This document shows, piece after piece, positions 45,367 through 55,493 of a DNA stretch of 64,000 nt. Location: positions 32,749 through 96,748 of the IMG/VR virus record IMGVR_UViG_3300009285_000507, one strand, 5' to 3'. Positions within the stretch are counted from its first letter, which is position 1, and every line of letters begins with the position of its first letter. The notes beneath the pieces are model-generated. The model made no database searches, was not told the origin of the DNA, and saw only the letters and a list, made by a program, of their open reading frames with translations. This DNA comes from a virus (Duplodnaviria; Heunggongvirae; Uroviricota; Caudoviricetes). A program made the translations under genes and the position numbers.

Positions 45367-48300
45367 ATGTCTGAAACAAAAGATACTACAATTGCGCTTG
45401 AGGCAGCTCCTGGACTTTTTGAGTACAAGAAGTCTGTCATCTCCAATCTACTAAAGGATTTAGACTCAAGTGCCCTAGCCAAAGTAAGTGATAAGATCCT
45501 AGGTGCAGACCGTGTTGCTCGCTATGGCAAAGACAAGAACAAGCTAACAGCAGACATTGCAGCTTCAGTCATTGATGATCAGTCCTACAGCGAAGTATCC
45601 AATGCCCTTGTTGAAGCTGGGGTTCCAAAGGAGTACTTTGACTTCATTAATATCTCAACAGCCAAAGCCCAGGAGATCCCTGACCTGGTTAAGAAGCTGG
45701 CCATACTTAAGAAGCAGGTAAGAGATGCAGCCAGTTTGATCAGTGACGACAACCAGCTAGCTGAGCTGGCTGGCATTGTTGGCAATGCATCAGTAGCTGA
45801 TAAGATTGCGTTGAAGGGCAGGGAAGCACTGCTTGATTATATTCGTGATGAGATCGGCATTGAGAGGGTTGGAGAGGGCAAGACAGTTGCAGGTAAGCTC
45901 AATGCTTTCAAGTCAATTCTGAAATCACGGTATGGTCAGGACTTTGGTGCACTAAGACCTGAACCATCAGAGTCCAGTATTACAACAGCTAATGTATATC
46001 TAAATGATATTGAGCGCAACGAGTACTTCACCAAGCGTTTGCTTGATGCTATTGATACAAAGAACAACGACTACTACAAATACATTGATATCTATAAGAA
46101 GGGTAAGGAAGATAAGAAAGCAGCCAAGACAAAGGTCAAGGAGAAAGGTACATCACAGAAGCAGATTGATGACACCAGAACCCTTGAGGATCTTTATGTT
46201 GCTCAGCAGGCAGCTATTGAGACAGGTGAGAACCTTGATCCCAATGCTGACAAGACTGGGGCACAGAAGATCTCTGCATCAAGTGGTGACTTCTATACTC
46301 TTAACTGGAGATCATATAGTAAGAAGGTTGGTCGCCAGAGTCCAGTAACAACCCTCCACTTTGTGTACAAGTACTCAAAGGATGATGCTGTCAGCTCACG
46401 AGCTGGCGATAAGCTGTTTGATACCTACGAGGGAATGGACGCACAGAAGCTGTGGGATGCTTACGAGCAGGCTAACACTGAGCAGACCACCAATCGTGGT
46501 GTGGTTAAAGAACAGGTAGACCTGTTACATACATACAAAGATATTATCATTAGCCATAAAGAAGTTGATCAGAAGTTCATAGCCGCACTAAAGGTTTCTA
46601 TCCGGAAGCTTGCTGCAGCCAACAATGCTTTGTTAGAGTCAAGCATGAAAGTGTTTGAGATTGTCAGACAGATCTCCATGCGTATGGCTGTTGCTGCCCC
46701 TGGAACCTTTCCTATTCGCTGGTCAGCTGATGGTAAGAACCTTGAGTTGTCAGTTCCAAAGCAGGCTGGCGAGAAGGAAGATGAGTACCAGAAGCGTAAG
46801 AACACAGCATCACCAAAGGAAGTATTTGACTTCTTCAAGGATAAGTCTGTGGCTTCAAGCTTCCTTAACTATGACCAGAGCTTGTGCTTGAGTGATATGC
46901 AGGTTGCCACCAAGGCATTTGTTGAGGGTGACAAGAATGCACAGAAAGCATTTGAGATTCCCAATGAATCCTTTGGTGAGAGCGAAGAACTACTAGCCAC
47001 CAAGAAGGGCGTAGCTAAACACTTTGTCTCGTCAATCGGCAAGAAGATTGCCACTGACTTCAGCAATGCAGTCATCTCAAAGAACTCTGGTAAGATCCTC
47101 AGTATTGAGTTCAGCATTGGTGACAAGGTTCCAGATACCAAGAACCCAGCCAAAGCAAATGTGATGAAAGAGTTCGTGCAGAAAGAGGGTAAGCAGGTTA
47201 GAGATGCAGTTCCTGTTGAGACCCATAATGTTATTCTACGCAATATGTCTTTGTATCTAGTTGGGTACTACAATGATATTGTACGCAAGTACTCCGACTA
47301 TACACCATTCAGTGTAAGCTTGGCTCAGCGTAACATTGCCAGTGCAGTGCAGTCATCCAAGTCTGGTTCTTCAGATGCTGCACAGGCAAGGAAGATGATC
47401 GTTGACAGCCTGAGGATCAAGGGCAAAGCAGCTGATGTCCTTGTTACTAAGCTGCGCTTCATCCGTAAGCCTGGAGCTTGGTCAGTTGTATATCTGACTG
47501 ATAACAACACTGTTGTTGGTGTGCATGATGCCACATATAGCATCAGCGCAGTGTACACATGGTTCACCTGTATGGAAGCGTACATGCAGGGCAAGCCACT
47601 TAAGTACGAGAGTGTCAGCATCTTTGCTGAAGCCCGTGCCAAAGTAAAGAAGGATGTAGCTGATGATGTGCTAGACATGGGCGCAGACTTTAACACTGCT
47701 CTTAACAACCTACGCACAGCTAAGGATCAGTTCGTACAGGATGCCAATGAGATCCGTGATGCATACAGAAGGTTCGAGAGCACCCTTGACTACGAGCGTG
47801 TAGCCAATGCAACACTTGCAGCTGAGAAGGAATCATCAAAGGGTGCTGATATCAATGATGCTTTCAAGGATGCATTTAAGACAGCAGCAGGCACAGGAAC
47901 AAAATACCTAGGTGTATCTGAAACACCTGCAGGTGACGTGTACATCAGCGATATCTTCCCTGTGCTTGGCAAGTCTATGAAGAAAGATTTCTTTGTCTTT
48001 GACACACCAGAGGGCACAGTTAACCTTCTTGAGTATGGTCAGCCATATAGAGATTTCAGAAGCTCATTGAAGAACTTCCAGTTCACAACTGATGGTAAGA
48101 AGGAAACTGGTGAGCTACAGACTCAGACAGTTGTACAGGCTGCGGAACAGATTGATGCAGTGATTAGTGATTATCTAAAACGTGTAGGTAAGAAGGCCAG
48201 GGTTGCTACTTCCAAGGAAGAAGCCCGTCTGCTTGATCTACTCAACCAGCAGCTCGCTGGCTTGACTGGCCCAAAGAAGATGGACAACGCAATCAAGTTC

Positions 48301-49383
48301 TTCCTTGAGCTATCCTCTTCAACCTACGAGAGACTGTACCGTGTAACCAATCGCCTGTTAAGATCATTTGAAGTACTCTACAAGGAAGTAGAAAACATTA
48401 ACAAGATGGTATCAGACAAGCAGGTAGAGACCGAGAAGACCTTTGACTATGAGTATCTAAAGAGTGCATTGTCAAGTGGTGTTGAGGCCGATGAACTTCT
48501 TGCGTACAATTGGGGAGCAACTGAGGAAGTACCGTCAGGCACAACCCCCACTCTTACAGAGGAACTAAAGAAGGAGTTTATTATAGATGTTAGTAAGCTA
48601 CCTAGCTTTGACCTTACCTCGAGAGGGTTGCTTGAGAAGAGCCTGAAGGATCTAGGTCGTGTAGTTAACAGCTTCTTGTGGCAGACCAACGTAAACTACA
48701 AGAAGACTGGTGATGATACAGAGGAACCATTCAGTTATGTTGGTGATGTAAAGGGCAAAGAAGTTGACAACAAAGGCAACGTACTAACCACAGATGCACA
48801 AGGTAACCCAGTTCAGGCTGGGCACTTATCTGCTATGTTCGGACCAAGCAGATCACAGGCGACATTACGAGGAGAGAGCAAGATGAAGAAAGCAACAGAA
48901 GAGTTCAGCGGCATTGGCGGTTCACAGAGTATGGATTCTCCAGCAGGTGAGGTAGAGTCAAGCTTGGCTATGGATGTGCCTGCAGTTCCAGAGAGCGCAC
49001 CATCAGATGAGTTTGACAGCATGGACATTGGTGAGGATGCTTGGGATGAAGCTGGCTCAGCAGCCGACAAGCTTGCCGAAGTTGACACCAAGATCTCTGA
49101 GGCAGAGGCAGCTGGTGCAGATGCAGCTGACATTGCCAAGATGAAAGAGAAGCGTGATGGTCTTGCTGAAGATCTTGATGCACTGATCAGTGACGCAGAG
49201 GAAGCCACTGCAGATGCAGAGTCAGACAATGAAGAGGATGTTGACACTGACGTTGCTGATGCAGACACTGATGAACTAGAAGTGGAAGAGCCAGCTAAGG
49301 ATGAGCCAAAGAAGGAAGAGAGCTGCCAGGTTTGTAATGAGTCAGTTATCTTCCGTGCACTACAGTACAATACACGTCGGTAG
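45367..49383 (+). CDS. very large virion-associated protein (1338 aa), possibly an internal/ejection protein
   Basis: Single uninterrupted 4-kb ORF in the structural block. Mostly helical composition. Acidic D/E-rich C-terminal 150 aa. No catalytic motif recognised. Confidence 0.5.
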   Translation: MSETKDTTIALEAAPGLFEYKKSVISNLLKDLDSSALAKVSDKILGADRVARYGKDKNKLTADIAASVIDDQSYSEVSNALVEAGVPKEYFDFINISTAKAQEIPDLVKKLAILKKQVRDAASLISDDNQLAELAGIVGNASVADKIALKGREALLDYIRDEIGIERVGEGKTVAGKLNAFKSILKSRYGQDFGALRPEPSESSITTANVYLNDIERNEYFTKRLLDAIDTKNNDYYKYIDIYKKGKEDKKAAKTKVKEKGTSQKQIDDTRTLEDLYVAQQAAIETGENLDPNADKTGAQKISASSGDFYTLNWRSYSKKVGRQSPVTTLHFVYKYSKDDAVSSRAGDKLFDTYEGMDAQKLWDAYEQANTEQTTNRGVVKEQVDLLHTYKDIIISHKEVDQKFIAALKVSIRKLAAANNALLESSMKVFEIVRQISMRMAVAAPGTFPIRWSADGKNLELSVPKQAGEKEDEYQKRKNTASPKEVFDFFKDKSVASSFLNYDQSLCLSDMQVATKAFVEGDKNAQKAFEIPNESFGESEELLATKKGVAKHFVSSIGKKIATDFSNAVISKNSGKILSIEFSIGDKVPDTKNPAKANVMKEFVQKEGKQVRDAVPVETHNVILRNMSLYLVGYYNDIVRKYSDYTPFSVSLAQRNIASAVQSSKSGSSDAAQARKMIVDSLRIKGKAADVLVTKLRFIRKPGAWSVVYLTDNNTVVGVHDATYSISAVYTWFTCMEAYMQGKPLKYESVSIFAEARAKVKKDVADDVLDMGADFNTALNNLRTAKDQFVQDANEIRDAYRRFESTLDYERVANATLAAEKESSKGADINDAFKDAFKTAAGTGTKYLGVSETPAGDVYISDIFPVLGKSMKKDFFVFDTPEGTVNLLEYGQPYRDFRSSLKNFQFTTDGKKETGELQTQTVVQAAEQIDAVISDYLKRVGKKARVATSKEEARLLDLLNQQLAGLTGPKKMDNAIKFFLELSSSTYERLYRVTNRLLRSFEVLYKEVENINKMVSDKQVETEKTFDYEYLKSALSSGVEADELLAYNWGATEEVPSGTTPTLTEELKKEFIIDVSKLPSFDLTSRGLLEKSLKDLGRVVNSFLWQTNVNYKKTGDDTEEPFSYVGDVKGKEVDNKGNVLTTDAQGNPVQAGHLSAMFGPSRSQATLRGESKMKKATEEFSGIGGSQSMDSPAGEVESSLAMDVPAVPESAPSDEFDSMDIGEDAWDEAGSAADKLAEVDTKISEAEAAGADAADIAKMKEKRDGLAEDLDALISDAEEATADAESDNEEDVDTDVADADTDELEVEEPAKDEPKKEESCQVCNESVIFRALQYNTRR

Positions 49384-49395
49384 ATAGGTGTACAA

Positions 49396-50385
49396 ATGGG
49401 ACACAGTGCTATGCAAAGCTTAGTGCAGGACTTCAAGGTAGCTTGTGATGCACTTGAGGATTCAGGTACCAAAGAACTTCTACGTGCTGATGCTGACAAG
49501 ATCAGTGGGCACGTAGAAGGTGTGCTTCTTTGTGGGTACGCCTCTGAGTCAATTCGCTCAGAGGGTATCCGTGCAATTCTAGAGTGCGCATCAGATGCAC
49601 GGGACAGGGTTTCCAAGTTGTCATGCCCAGGTATCATGGATGTTATCTCTGTGCTTGAGAGTATCAATGATGCAGTGCTGATGGAAGCTGACTATAAGAG
49701 ACAGCGGTTTGCTGAAGTCCTTGGCAAGCTGCGTAACATTGTTGTGTCCTATGAATCATTGAAGGACGGGGTTGAAGACCCTGAGCTTATCAATGCCATT
49801 GATACCATGGTAGCACAGCTGGACTCCGCACTGCTTGATACTAACACAGCTATCAAGTCAGCCGCTACGGATGCTGAAGCCCTAACCAAGCTCAATGAGT
49901 TGTACACCACGTTCTCTAAGGTTACCCTACCTGAGAATGTAGCAGCCTTGATGTCATCCAAGCCAGAGTTTTCAGGCGTTCTCAAGTCAGCACTGGCAGA
50001 CATCCAGGCAAGTCTAACAGCTCTTGGCCAGGAACCAGTAAGCAACAAGGATGTCAAGAGCGTAGATGAGCCAGTGGCTACTGACAGGCTAAAGGGTGCA
50101 CTCAAGGCAGCTAAGGAGCTGTGCATTAGTATAGCCAGGAAGTACTCTGACAACGAAAGAATAGATGAGTTAAACAAAGAGATGTTCGGCTACATCCAGA
50201 AGCTTGAGAACGGCGATGATAACGCTGTGGACTTCATCCTAAGACTGGCTGATGCCATTCAAAAGAATGCTGCTGATGAGGACAAGAGCTTCATCAACAG
50301 CAAGATGATTGAGCTCAACAGAGTATCCAAGAAGTTTATTAAACAGCAGGGTCCAGCTAACAGCACACCAACTGCTAAAGGTTAG
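49396..50385 (+). CDS. hypothetical structural protein (329 aa)
   Basis: ORF directly after the giant gene. Confidence 0.45.
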   Translation: MGHSAMQSLVQDFKVACDALEDSGTKELLRADADKISGHVEGVLLCGYASESIRSEGIRAILECASDARDRVSKLSCPGIMDVISVLESINDAVLMEADYKRQRFAEVLGKLRNIVVSYESLKDGVEDPELINAIDTMVAQLDSALLDTNTAIKSAATDAEALTKLNELYTTFSKVTLPENVAALMSSKPEFSGVLKSALADIQASLTALGQEPVSNKDVKSVDEPVATDRLKGALKAAKELCISIARKYSDNERIDELNKEMFGYIQKLENGDDNAVDFILRLADAIQKNAADEDKSFINSKMIELNRVSKKFIKQQGPANSTPTAKG

Positions 50386-50393
50386 GTAGATAG

Positions 50394-51773
50394 ATGCGGC
50401 CTTTGGAGTTAGCAATAGAGTTCCCAGATACTAATAATAAAGAAGTGAAAGCTGCGCAGGATTCCCTTGAGAAATCTGCTGAGGATCTTCTGTCCTCAGC
50501 TCAAGCTGCGTCTACCAAGATATTAGATAAGATCCCTGAGGAATCAATACCCGACATTGAAGATGACTTCGAAGCATTGACTAATGTTGTTGGCAGTATC
50601 TTTGATTGGATCGGTAACGAAGACTGGGCTGACGATGTAGACGCAGAGGATGATGAGCACAATAAGACTGTGGAAGCTGAGTACGTAAAGGGAGTTAAGA
50701 CTGGCATTGATAAACTGGCCAGCATTGTGGAATCAATACTAGCCACCATTCGTTCAGAGGGTATTGAAGAGCCACTCTTTGATGATCTCATTGATAGTAC
50801 GCTGGCTCTATCTGGTTCATTATCTAAAGCTGGATTCAATACCCTACCCATAACCAGGAGACTGGTTGGTATTACCGAGACAACTGCTGACAAGCCTGCT
50901 GAGGATGTACCAGATGAAGCACCAGCTGAGGAACCTGTCGCACCCCCAGAGGACACAAGTTCATATGAGAAGCCTGTAGAGAAGCCTACTGCCAAGGGTG
51001 ACGTGCATACCCTTAACATGCAGAAGGAAGCTCTGCTTAACTATCTTGAGTCAGGCATCTCTGAGTCAAAGCTTAGGGCATTCCTTGCCGCCTTTACTGG
51101 TGAGAAGGAAGAAGACATTGAAGGTAATGAGGAGTCAGTGCTCAGAGAAGTTATGAATAGCATTGAAACCTTTGAGGATGTGGAGACAGCTGTGTACATT
51201 ATCAACACAGCATCTGGTACTAAGTACACCATCAATGATCTACTTGAGGCTGCAGCTGAAGACCAGGGTGAGGAAGATGTCAACGTACCTGATGAGGATG
51301 GCGAGGAAGCTGAGCCAGAGTCCGAGGTAGACGTTGAAGAACCTAGTGCTCCAGTTGAGGAGCCAGCTGAAGCCGACAAAGAACCTATTGAAGCTGATGT
51401 CACACCAGAGGATAAGCTAGTACTGCTTCAGGAACAGATAGACTTTGGTGTGGAACTTCTAGATAGGATACAACCTAATGGCAAGTCAGCACTGGTTAAC
51501 ACCAAGACAAGCACCAGTACACCACTGGGAAGCGGTGAGATATTCCTGCTTAAGAATAACTTTAGTGCCATTGACCTGTCTGAGTTCAAGGATGTCATTG
51601 ACTTAAGTAAAGATGACATGGCAATGAATAAGCTCTACAGGGCTATCATGCTTGTTGGATCACTGTCTGATCCCAAGATAGTTAAGTCACCAGATCTAAC
51701 AGATGAGGATAGAGTAAAGGCTAAGTCAGCTTACACTGCAGCTGTTCTTGTGTACACCACCTTAAAAAAGTAA
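50394..51773 (+). CDS. acidic Pro/Glu-rich protein (459 aa)
   Basis: Long PEDT/E-rich segments (VPDEAPAEEPVAPPEDTSSYEKP). Confidence 0.45.
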   Translation: MRPLELAIEFPDTNNKEVKAAQDSLEKSAEDLLSSAQAASTKILDKIPEESIPDIEDDFEALTNVVGSIFDWIGNEDWADDVDAEDDEHNKTVEAEYVKGVKTGIDKLASIVESILATIRSEGIEEPLFDDLIDSTLALSGSLSKAGFNTLPITRRLVGITETTADKPAEDVPDEAPAEEPVAPPEDTSSYEKPVEKPTAKGDVHTLNMQKEALLNYLESGISESKLRAFLAAFTGEKEEDIEGNEESVLREVMNSIETFEDVETAVYIINTASGTKYTINDLLEAAAEDQGEEDVNVPDEDGEEAEPESEVDVEEPSAPVEEPAEADKEPIEADVTPEDKLVLLQEQIDFGVELLDRIQPNGKSALVNTKTSTSTPLGSGEIFLLKNNFSAIDLSEFKDVIDLSKDDMAMNKLYRAIMLVGSLSDPKIVKSPDLTDEDRVKAKSAYTAAVLVYTTLKK

Positions 51774-51790
51774 TCTCCTAGTAGTATAAT
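51762..51790 (+). promoter_or_regulatory. candidate promoter (TTAAAA-N17-TAGTATAAT)
   Basis: TATAAT at 51785-51790. GAGGAG Shine-Dalgarno. ATG at 51813. Confidence 0.4.
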
Positions 51791-51812
51791 GTAAGAGGAC
51801 AGAGGAGATGGT

Positions 51813-52025
51813 ATGCAAGCTACGTTCTGTGATGACTGTGGTAAACTAATAGAAAACCCTGACAGGGGTAGTGTAGAAGTAGCAGTACAGCGTACAACAT
51901 TCCACCAGAAACTAAATGAAGAGAAGTTCATAGTGTGCCTTCAGTGTGGTGATAAAGTGTCCAAGCATTGGCTAAAGACCAGATCCAAGAATATGTTGCA
52001 GATTAAGAAGGAGCACAAAAAGTGA
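51813..52025 (+). CDS. zinc-ribbon protein (70 aa)
   Basis: CDDCGK...CLQCGDK. Confidence 0.4.
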   Translation: MQATFCDDCGKLIENPDRGSVEVAVQRTTFHQKLNEEKFIVCLQCGDKVSKHWLKTRSKNMLQIKKEHKK

Positions 52026-52753
52026 AGACCTTTTTACATTCAGGAGACATGGGGGACATTGTATATGCGCTTCCAACGATACGCGCAATGGGTGGTGGAG
52101 TACTGTATCTGGATACTAGCGGGGGTGGAAACGATCCGTTTGTTAACCGGCAGCTTGGATCTGGGTGGCACCTTAAGTTCAATGACACTTGTTATAACTT
52201 CCTTAAGCCGCTGATTGAAGCTCAGCCTTACATACATGGCGTAGAGAAGTATGTATCACAGAAGATCAATGTAAATCTAAATGGCTTTAGAACAAGGCTT
52301 AGGGCAGATAATCAAGAGAACCTAGCTCAGTCCCATCTTAAGTACTTCAATCTAGATCTATCTGATAAAGAGATTATACCTTGGATTGAGGTTCCTGATA
52401 GTGGTAGAGCTCCTGTCAGAGAGATAGTTGTTAACAGAAGTCTTAGATATCACACAGCCTATATCATGTGGGTAACCCTTGCTGGTATGTGTAGGGACAA
52501 GGCAGAGTTCGTAGGCACACCGTTTGAGCACGAGGTGTTCAGTAAGACCTTTGAGATTGACATCCCCTATTACCCCTGTGAGAACGCATTGGTGCTAGCT
52601 CAGAGGCTCAAGGACGCACGATATTTCATTGGTAACCAAAGTATGCCTATGTCAGTTCGCATCGGCCTAGGGCTTCCCTTTGCGCAGGAATCGTATATCA
52701 AGTGTCCCAACTGCATCTTTGATGGTATCTCAGGCCGCTACACATTTAACTAG
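52022..52753 (+). CDS. GT9-like glycosyltransferase (heptosyltransferase-like), 243 aa
   Basis: N-terminal HSGDMGDIVYALPTIRA resembles the GT9 SxGDxxxxxPxxxxL motif. C-terminal FIGNQSMPMSVRIGLGLP resembles GT9 GNDSGPMHLAAALGTP. Shorter than canonical GT9 enzymes. Confidence 0.45.
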   Translation: MKTFLHSGDMGDIVYALPTIRAMGGGVLYLDTSGGGNDPFVNRQLGSGWHLKFNDTCYNFLKPLIEAQPYIHGVEKYVSQKINVNLNGFRTRLRADNQENLAQSHLKYFNLDLSDKEIIPWIEVPDSGRAPVREIVVNRSLRYHTAYIMWVTLAGMCRDKAEFVGTPFEHEVFSKTFEIDIPYYPCENALVLAQRLKDARYFIGNQSMPMSVRIGLGLPFAQESYIKCPNCIFDGISGRYTFN

Positions 52754-52761
52754 GAGATTAC

Positions 52762-53427
52762 ATGAATACCGTATTGCTTACAGGTTACAGGGAAGACTTT
52801 GCATGGATGGGTGCACGTACCAAGCAGGGTAAAGAATGGTACGCTGAGAAGTACGGGCTATCATTTAAGTGTAACGTTGACTACCCAGAAGAGTTTGGTC
52901 TGCCATCTTGGCAGAAGCTACGTTTAATCAAGGAACTGTTTCAGCAAGGGTATGATGCTGTACTATGGCTTGATGCTGATGCAGTTATAACTAATCAGTT
53001 CATTGACATCATGACTCTGATTAAGACCCTGCATAACATTGACGGTCAGAAATGCTTGTATGCATCTACTGACTGGGGTAACCATCCTATTGACCAGCCC
53101 TACAGTAACTTCTCTATGGGTAACTTTGTGTGGATGAATACCACTAGAGGTAATGAACTGCTGGACCTTGCTAGCTCTTTGCTTAAGTACTCACGTGCAG
53201 TCTATGAGCAGGATCAAGGTGCAGTAAGGGAAGTGCTCAAGACTGTGCCACACACAAGGTACTATATTAATATTCTAAATCGTCGTATCCTAAATGCTGT
53301 GCCAGCTTTTGTTCAACCATTGGCTTTGGATCCATGGGCTGAGGGTGACTTCCTTGCACACCTTACTTCAGTGGACAAGGACTTAAGGGTTGCGGCACTG
53401 AGCAGACTGAACGTGCACAATGAGTAA
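52762..53427 (+). CDS. GT-A fold nucleotide-sugar transferase with DxD motif
   Basis: YDAVLWLDADAVI is a classic DxD in GT-A context. Length 221 aa. Confidence 0.5.
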   Translation: MNTVLLTGYREDFAWMGARTKQGKEWYAEKYGLSFKCNVDYPEEFGLPSWQKLRLIKELFQQGYDAVLWLDADAVITNQFIDIMTLIKTLHNIDGQKCLYASTDWGNHPIDQPYSNFSMGNFVWMNTTRGNELLDLASSLLKYSRAVYEQDQGAVREVLKTVPHTRYYINILNRRILNAVPAFVQPLALDPWAEGDFLAHLTSVDKDLRVAALSRLNVHNE

Positions 53428-54043
53428 CATTAACTTTGCTGAGCTAGGTGTGACAGACTTCGACATTGGTATGTCAATTGACACGAGGCATTTAGAGTGG
53501 ATGCACTACGTGTTGAGCAACCCTGTTGGTGGGCCATGGCTATCATCATTGGAGTCTGGCTCGTGGAAGGGTGTGTCGAGCTCTGTGTTCGTTGATGCAG
53601 CCAACAAGGGGCATATCCTTAGAGCTATGTTCGCTGACATTAACTTTCAGCCACAGGCAATAAAGGTTATTGGTGGGCATGAGATCTTCCATGGTAAGGG
53701 TGCTGATGCCATACGTATCAACCCACCCTTTGATGTTGTGTTCCTGGACAGCGACCATCGCCTTGCTCCAACCCAGGAGGAGTGGAAAGCTATCATAGCT
53801 AAGCCAGAACTACCTAGGCTATTGGTAGCTCATGACACCAACTCGGTTAACCTAAAGCTCGGTGGTTGCGAAGGACCAGCATGGTTGTACAACGTTATAG
53901 TTAATGACCCAAGTTATTACTGGGTACATGATTGTGAACAGCGGGACAACGAGAGAACAGATCGTGGTCTGTTCATGGCTACAAAGGATGAGAACATACT
54001 AGAGGTAATCATGGAGGGGTACAGAGCCACATGCTTTGCATAA
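53420..54043 (+). CDS. class I SAM-dependent methyltransferase (O-methyltransferase-like)
   Basis: SLESGSWKGVSSSVFVD is motif-I-like. FDVVFLDSDH resembles the D-x-V-F-I-D-A-D-K/H segment of CmcI/TylF-type O-methyltransferases. Confidence 0.45.
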   Translation: MSNINFAELGVTDFDIGMSIDTRHLEWMHYVLSNPVGGPWLSSLESGSWKGVSSSVFVDAANKGHILRAMFADINFQPQAIKVIGGHEIFHGKGADAIRINPPFDVVFLDSDHRLAPTQEEWKAIIAKPELPRLLVAHDTNSVNLKLGGCEGPAWLYNVIVNDPSYYWVHDCEQRDNERTDRGLFMATKDENILEVIMEGYRATCFA

Positions 54044-54747
54044 CATTCACTGCATTCAACAGAGTTGATTACTTTGTTGAGACTATGAATTCCTGGGCAG
54101 CAGTTAACAATCTTGATAAGGTAAAGATGATATTCAATATAGAGAAGACTGACAAGCTCAAGGAGATGATTGCTGTCCTTGATTCGTTCTGTCATAACTC
54201 TTCAGTGGGTGATGTAACAATCAATGTTAATGAGGGAGTCATTGGTTGTGCAAAGAACAGCTGGAATGCTTTGGAGCGTGGGTTTGAACATTCAGATAGT
54301 GTAGTACTGGCAGAGGAAGACTTCATTGTATCTAATGATATCATTGATATGTTCACTGCAGCTGATAAGTTGTTCAAGGATCAGAAGGATGTGATGGTTG
54401 TCAGTGGTAGGAATGAAACGGTGCAAGAGGATAACCCATATGCATTTAGAAAATTAGGATTGCTAACCTGCTGGGTATGGATGACATGGAAGGACAGATG
54501 GAATACGTATCTGCGTAACACATGGGACTTTGATTACTCAAGTGGTAAGGCTACAGGAACTCCAGGTGGTTGGGACTGGAACATACGAAGGATCATTGAG
54601 AGGAACAATATGTTCAATGTTGTTCCTGGTCACTCACGTAGTAACCATATAGGTATCAATGGTATACACAGTAATGCAAAGTCATTCACAACTAATGCCA
54701 CGTTTAAACCAGTGTTTGAGCTAAAGGAGTTCACGTATGAAGCATAG
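54031..54747 (+). CDS. GT2-like (GT-A fold) glycosyltransferase
   Basis: N-terminal ITFTAFNRVDYFVETMNS follows the GT2 opening pattern. Acidic EED at LAEEDFIV sits in the DxD position. Confidence 0.4.
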   Translation: MLCITFTAFNRVDYFVETMNSWAAVNNLDKVKMIFNIEKTDKLKEMIAVLDSFCHNSSVGDVTINVNEGVIGCAKNSWNALERGFEHSDSVVLAEEDFIVSNDIIDMFTAADKLFKDQKDVMVVSGRNETVQEDNPYAFRKLGLLTCWVWMTWKDRWNTYLRNTWDFDYSSGKATGTPGGWDWNIRRIIERNNMFNVVPGHSRSNHIGINGIHSNAKSFTTNATFKPVFELKEFTYEA

Positions 54748-55333
54748 TGTTGTTGGTAATTCAGGTAGGCTTGACTTCCTTGGGTACCCAATGTCACAGA
54801 ACGAGTATGCTCTTGAGGCTTTTGATATGCTCTTCAAGACTGTGAAGCCAGCTCGTGTCATTGAGCTAGGTGCTCTCAATGGTGGGCTCACTACATTCCT
54901 TGGTTTATACAGCCTAACAGCAGGTTGCTCTGTAATCTCCTACGACATTGCTAACTCATTGTTTGACAAGTCAGTACTGGATAAGCTCGGTGTTGATATG
55001 CGGTTCAAGGATATCTTTGCAAGTGATACACTAAAAGAGATCTCTGATATGATCAGGCAGGATGGCATCACAGTTCTACTATGCGACAATGGTAACAAGA
55101 TTGGTGAGTTCAATCACTTCTCCCAATTCCTTAAGGTTGGGGATATTATTATGGCTCATGACTATGCACCTGATATGACATTCTTTAATAAGGAGATGCG
55201 TGGTAAGGTGTGGCCTTGCTGCGAGATTACAGAGAATCATATAGAGGAATGTAGCCGGAGATACCTACTACGACCACTGCTTGCTGATCCATTCCTCCAG
55301 GCTGCATGGGTGTGTAAAGTTAAAGTAGCTTAG
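54737..55333 (+). CDS. class I SAM-dependent methyltransferase
   Basis: VIELGALNGGLTTFL is motif I. ITVLLCDNGNK is post-I acidic. Length 198 aa. Confidence 0.45.
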   Translation: MKHSVVGNSGRLDFLGYPMSQNEYALEAFDMLFKTVKPARVIELGALNGGLTTFLGLYSLTAGCSVISYDIANSLFDKSVLDKLGVDMRFKDIFASDTLKEISDMIRQDGITVLLCDNGNKIGEFNHFSQFLKVGDIIMAHDYAPDMTFFNKEMRGKVWPCCEITENHIEECSRRYLLRPLLADPFLQAAWVCKVKVA

Positions 55334-55392
55334 TAACTATTTTCTTATACACTACTGCGTGACATCTAAGGCTAGTACCTATTAAATTTAGA

Positions 55393-55408
55393 TATCACAG
55401 TGACGGAA
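55393..55408. promoter_or_regulatory. operator-like site TATCACAGTGACGGAA (copy 1)
   Basis: Contains the palindrome TCAC-A-GTGA. Identical 16-mer 85 bp downstream. Confidence 0.45.
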
Positions 55409-55477
55409 ACAGACAATTTAGATTTAGAAAACTGAAGTCATAAGTCTTTTAAATACGTGATACAAAATCCTGTTTAG

Positions 55478-55493
55478 TATCACAGTGACGGAA
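55478..55493. promoter_or_regulatory. operator-like site TATCACAGTGACGGAA (copy 2)
   Basis: Identical to copy 1; 35 nt upstream of the ATG at 55528. Confidence 0.45.

Noticed and set aside
48813-49667. 284-aa minus-strand ORF, Ser/Ala-rich, plus other antisense ORFs at 46569..47717, 47790..48017, 48447..48689 and 48968..49183
   Set aside because: Mirror frames of the acidic C-terminal region of the 1338-aa gene and the following gene. The low-complexity Ser/Ala composition is the complement of Glu/Asp/Ala codons.
50501-51403. Minus-strand ORFs 50501..51019 and 51041..51403 (Ser/Ala/Thr-rich)
   Set aside because: Antisense to the acidic Pro/Glu-rich gene 50394..51773; compositional artefact.
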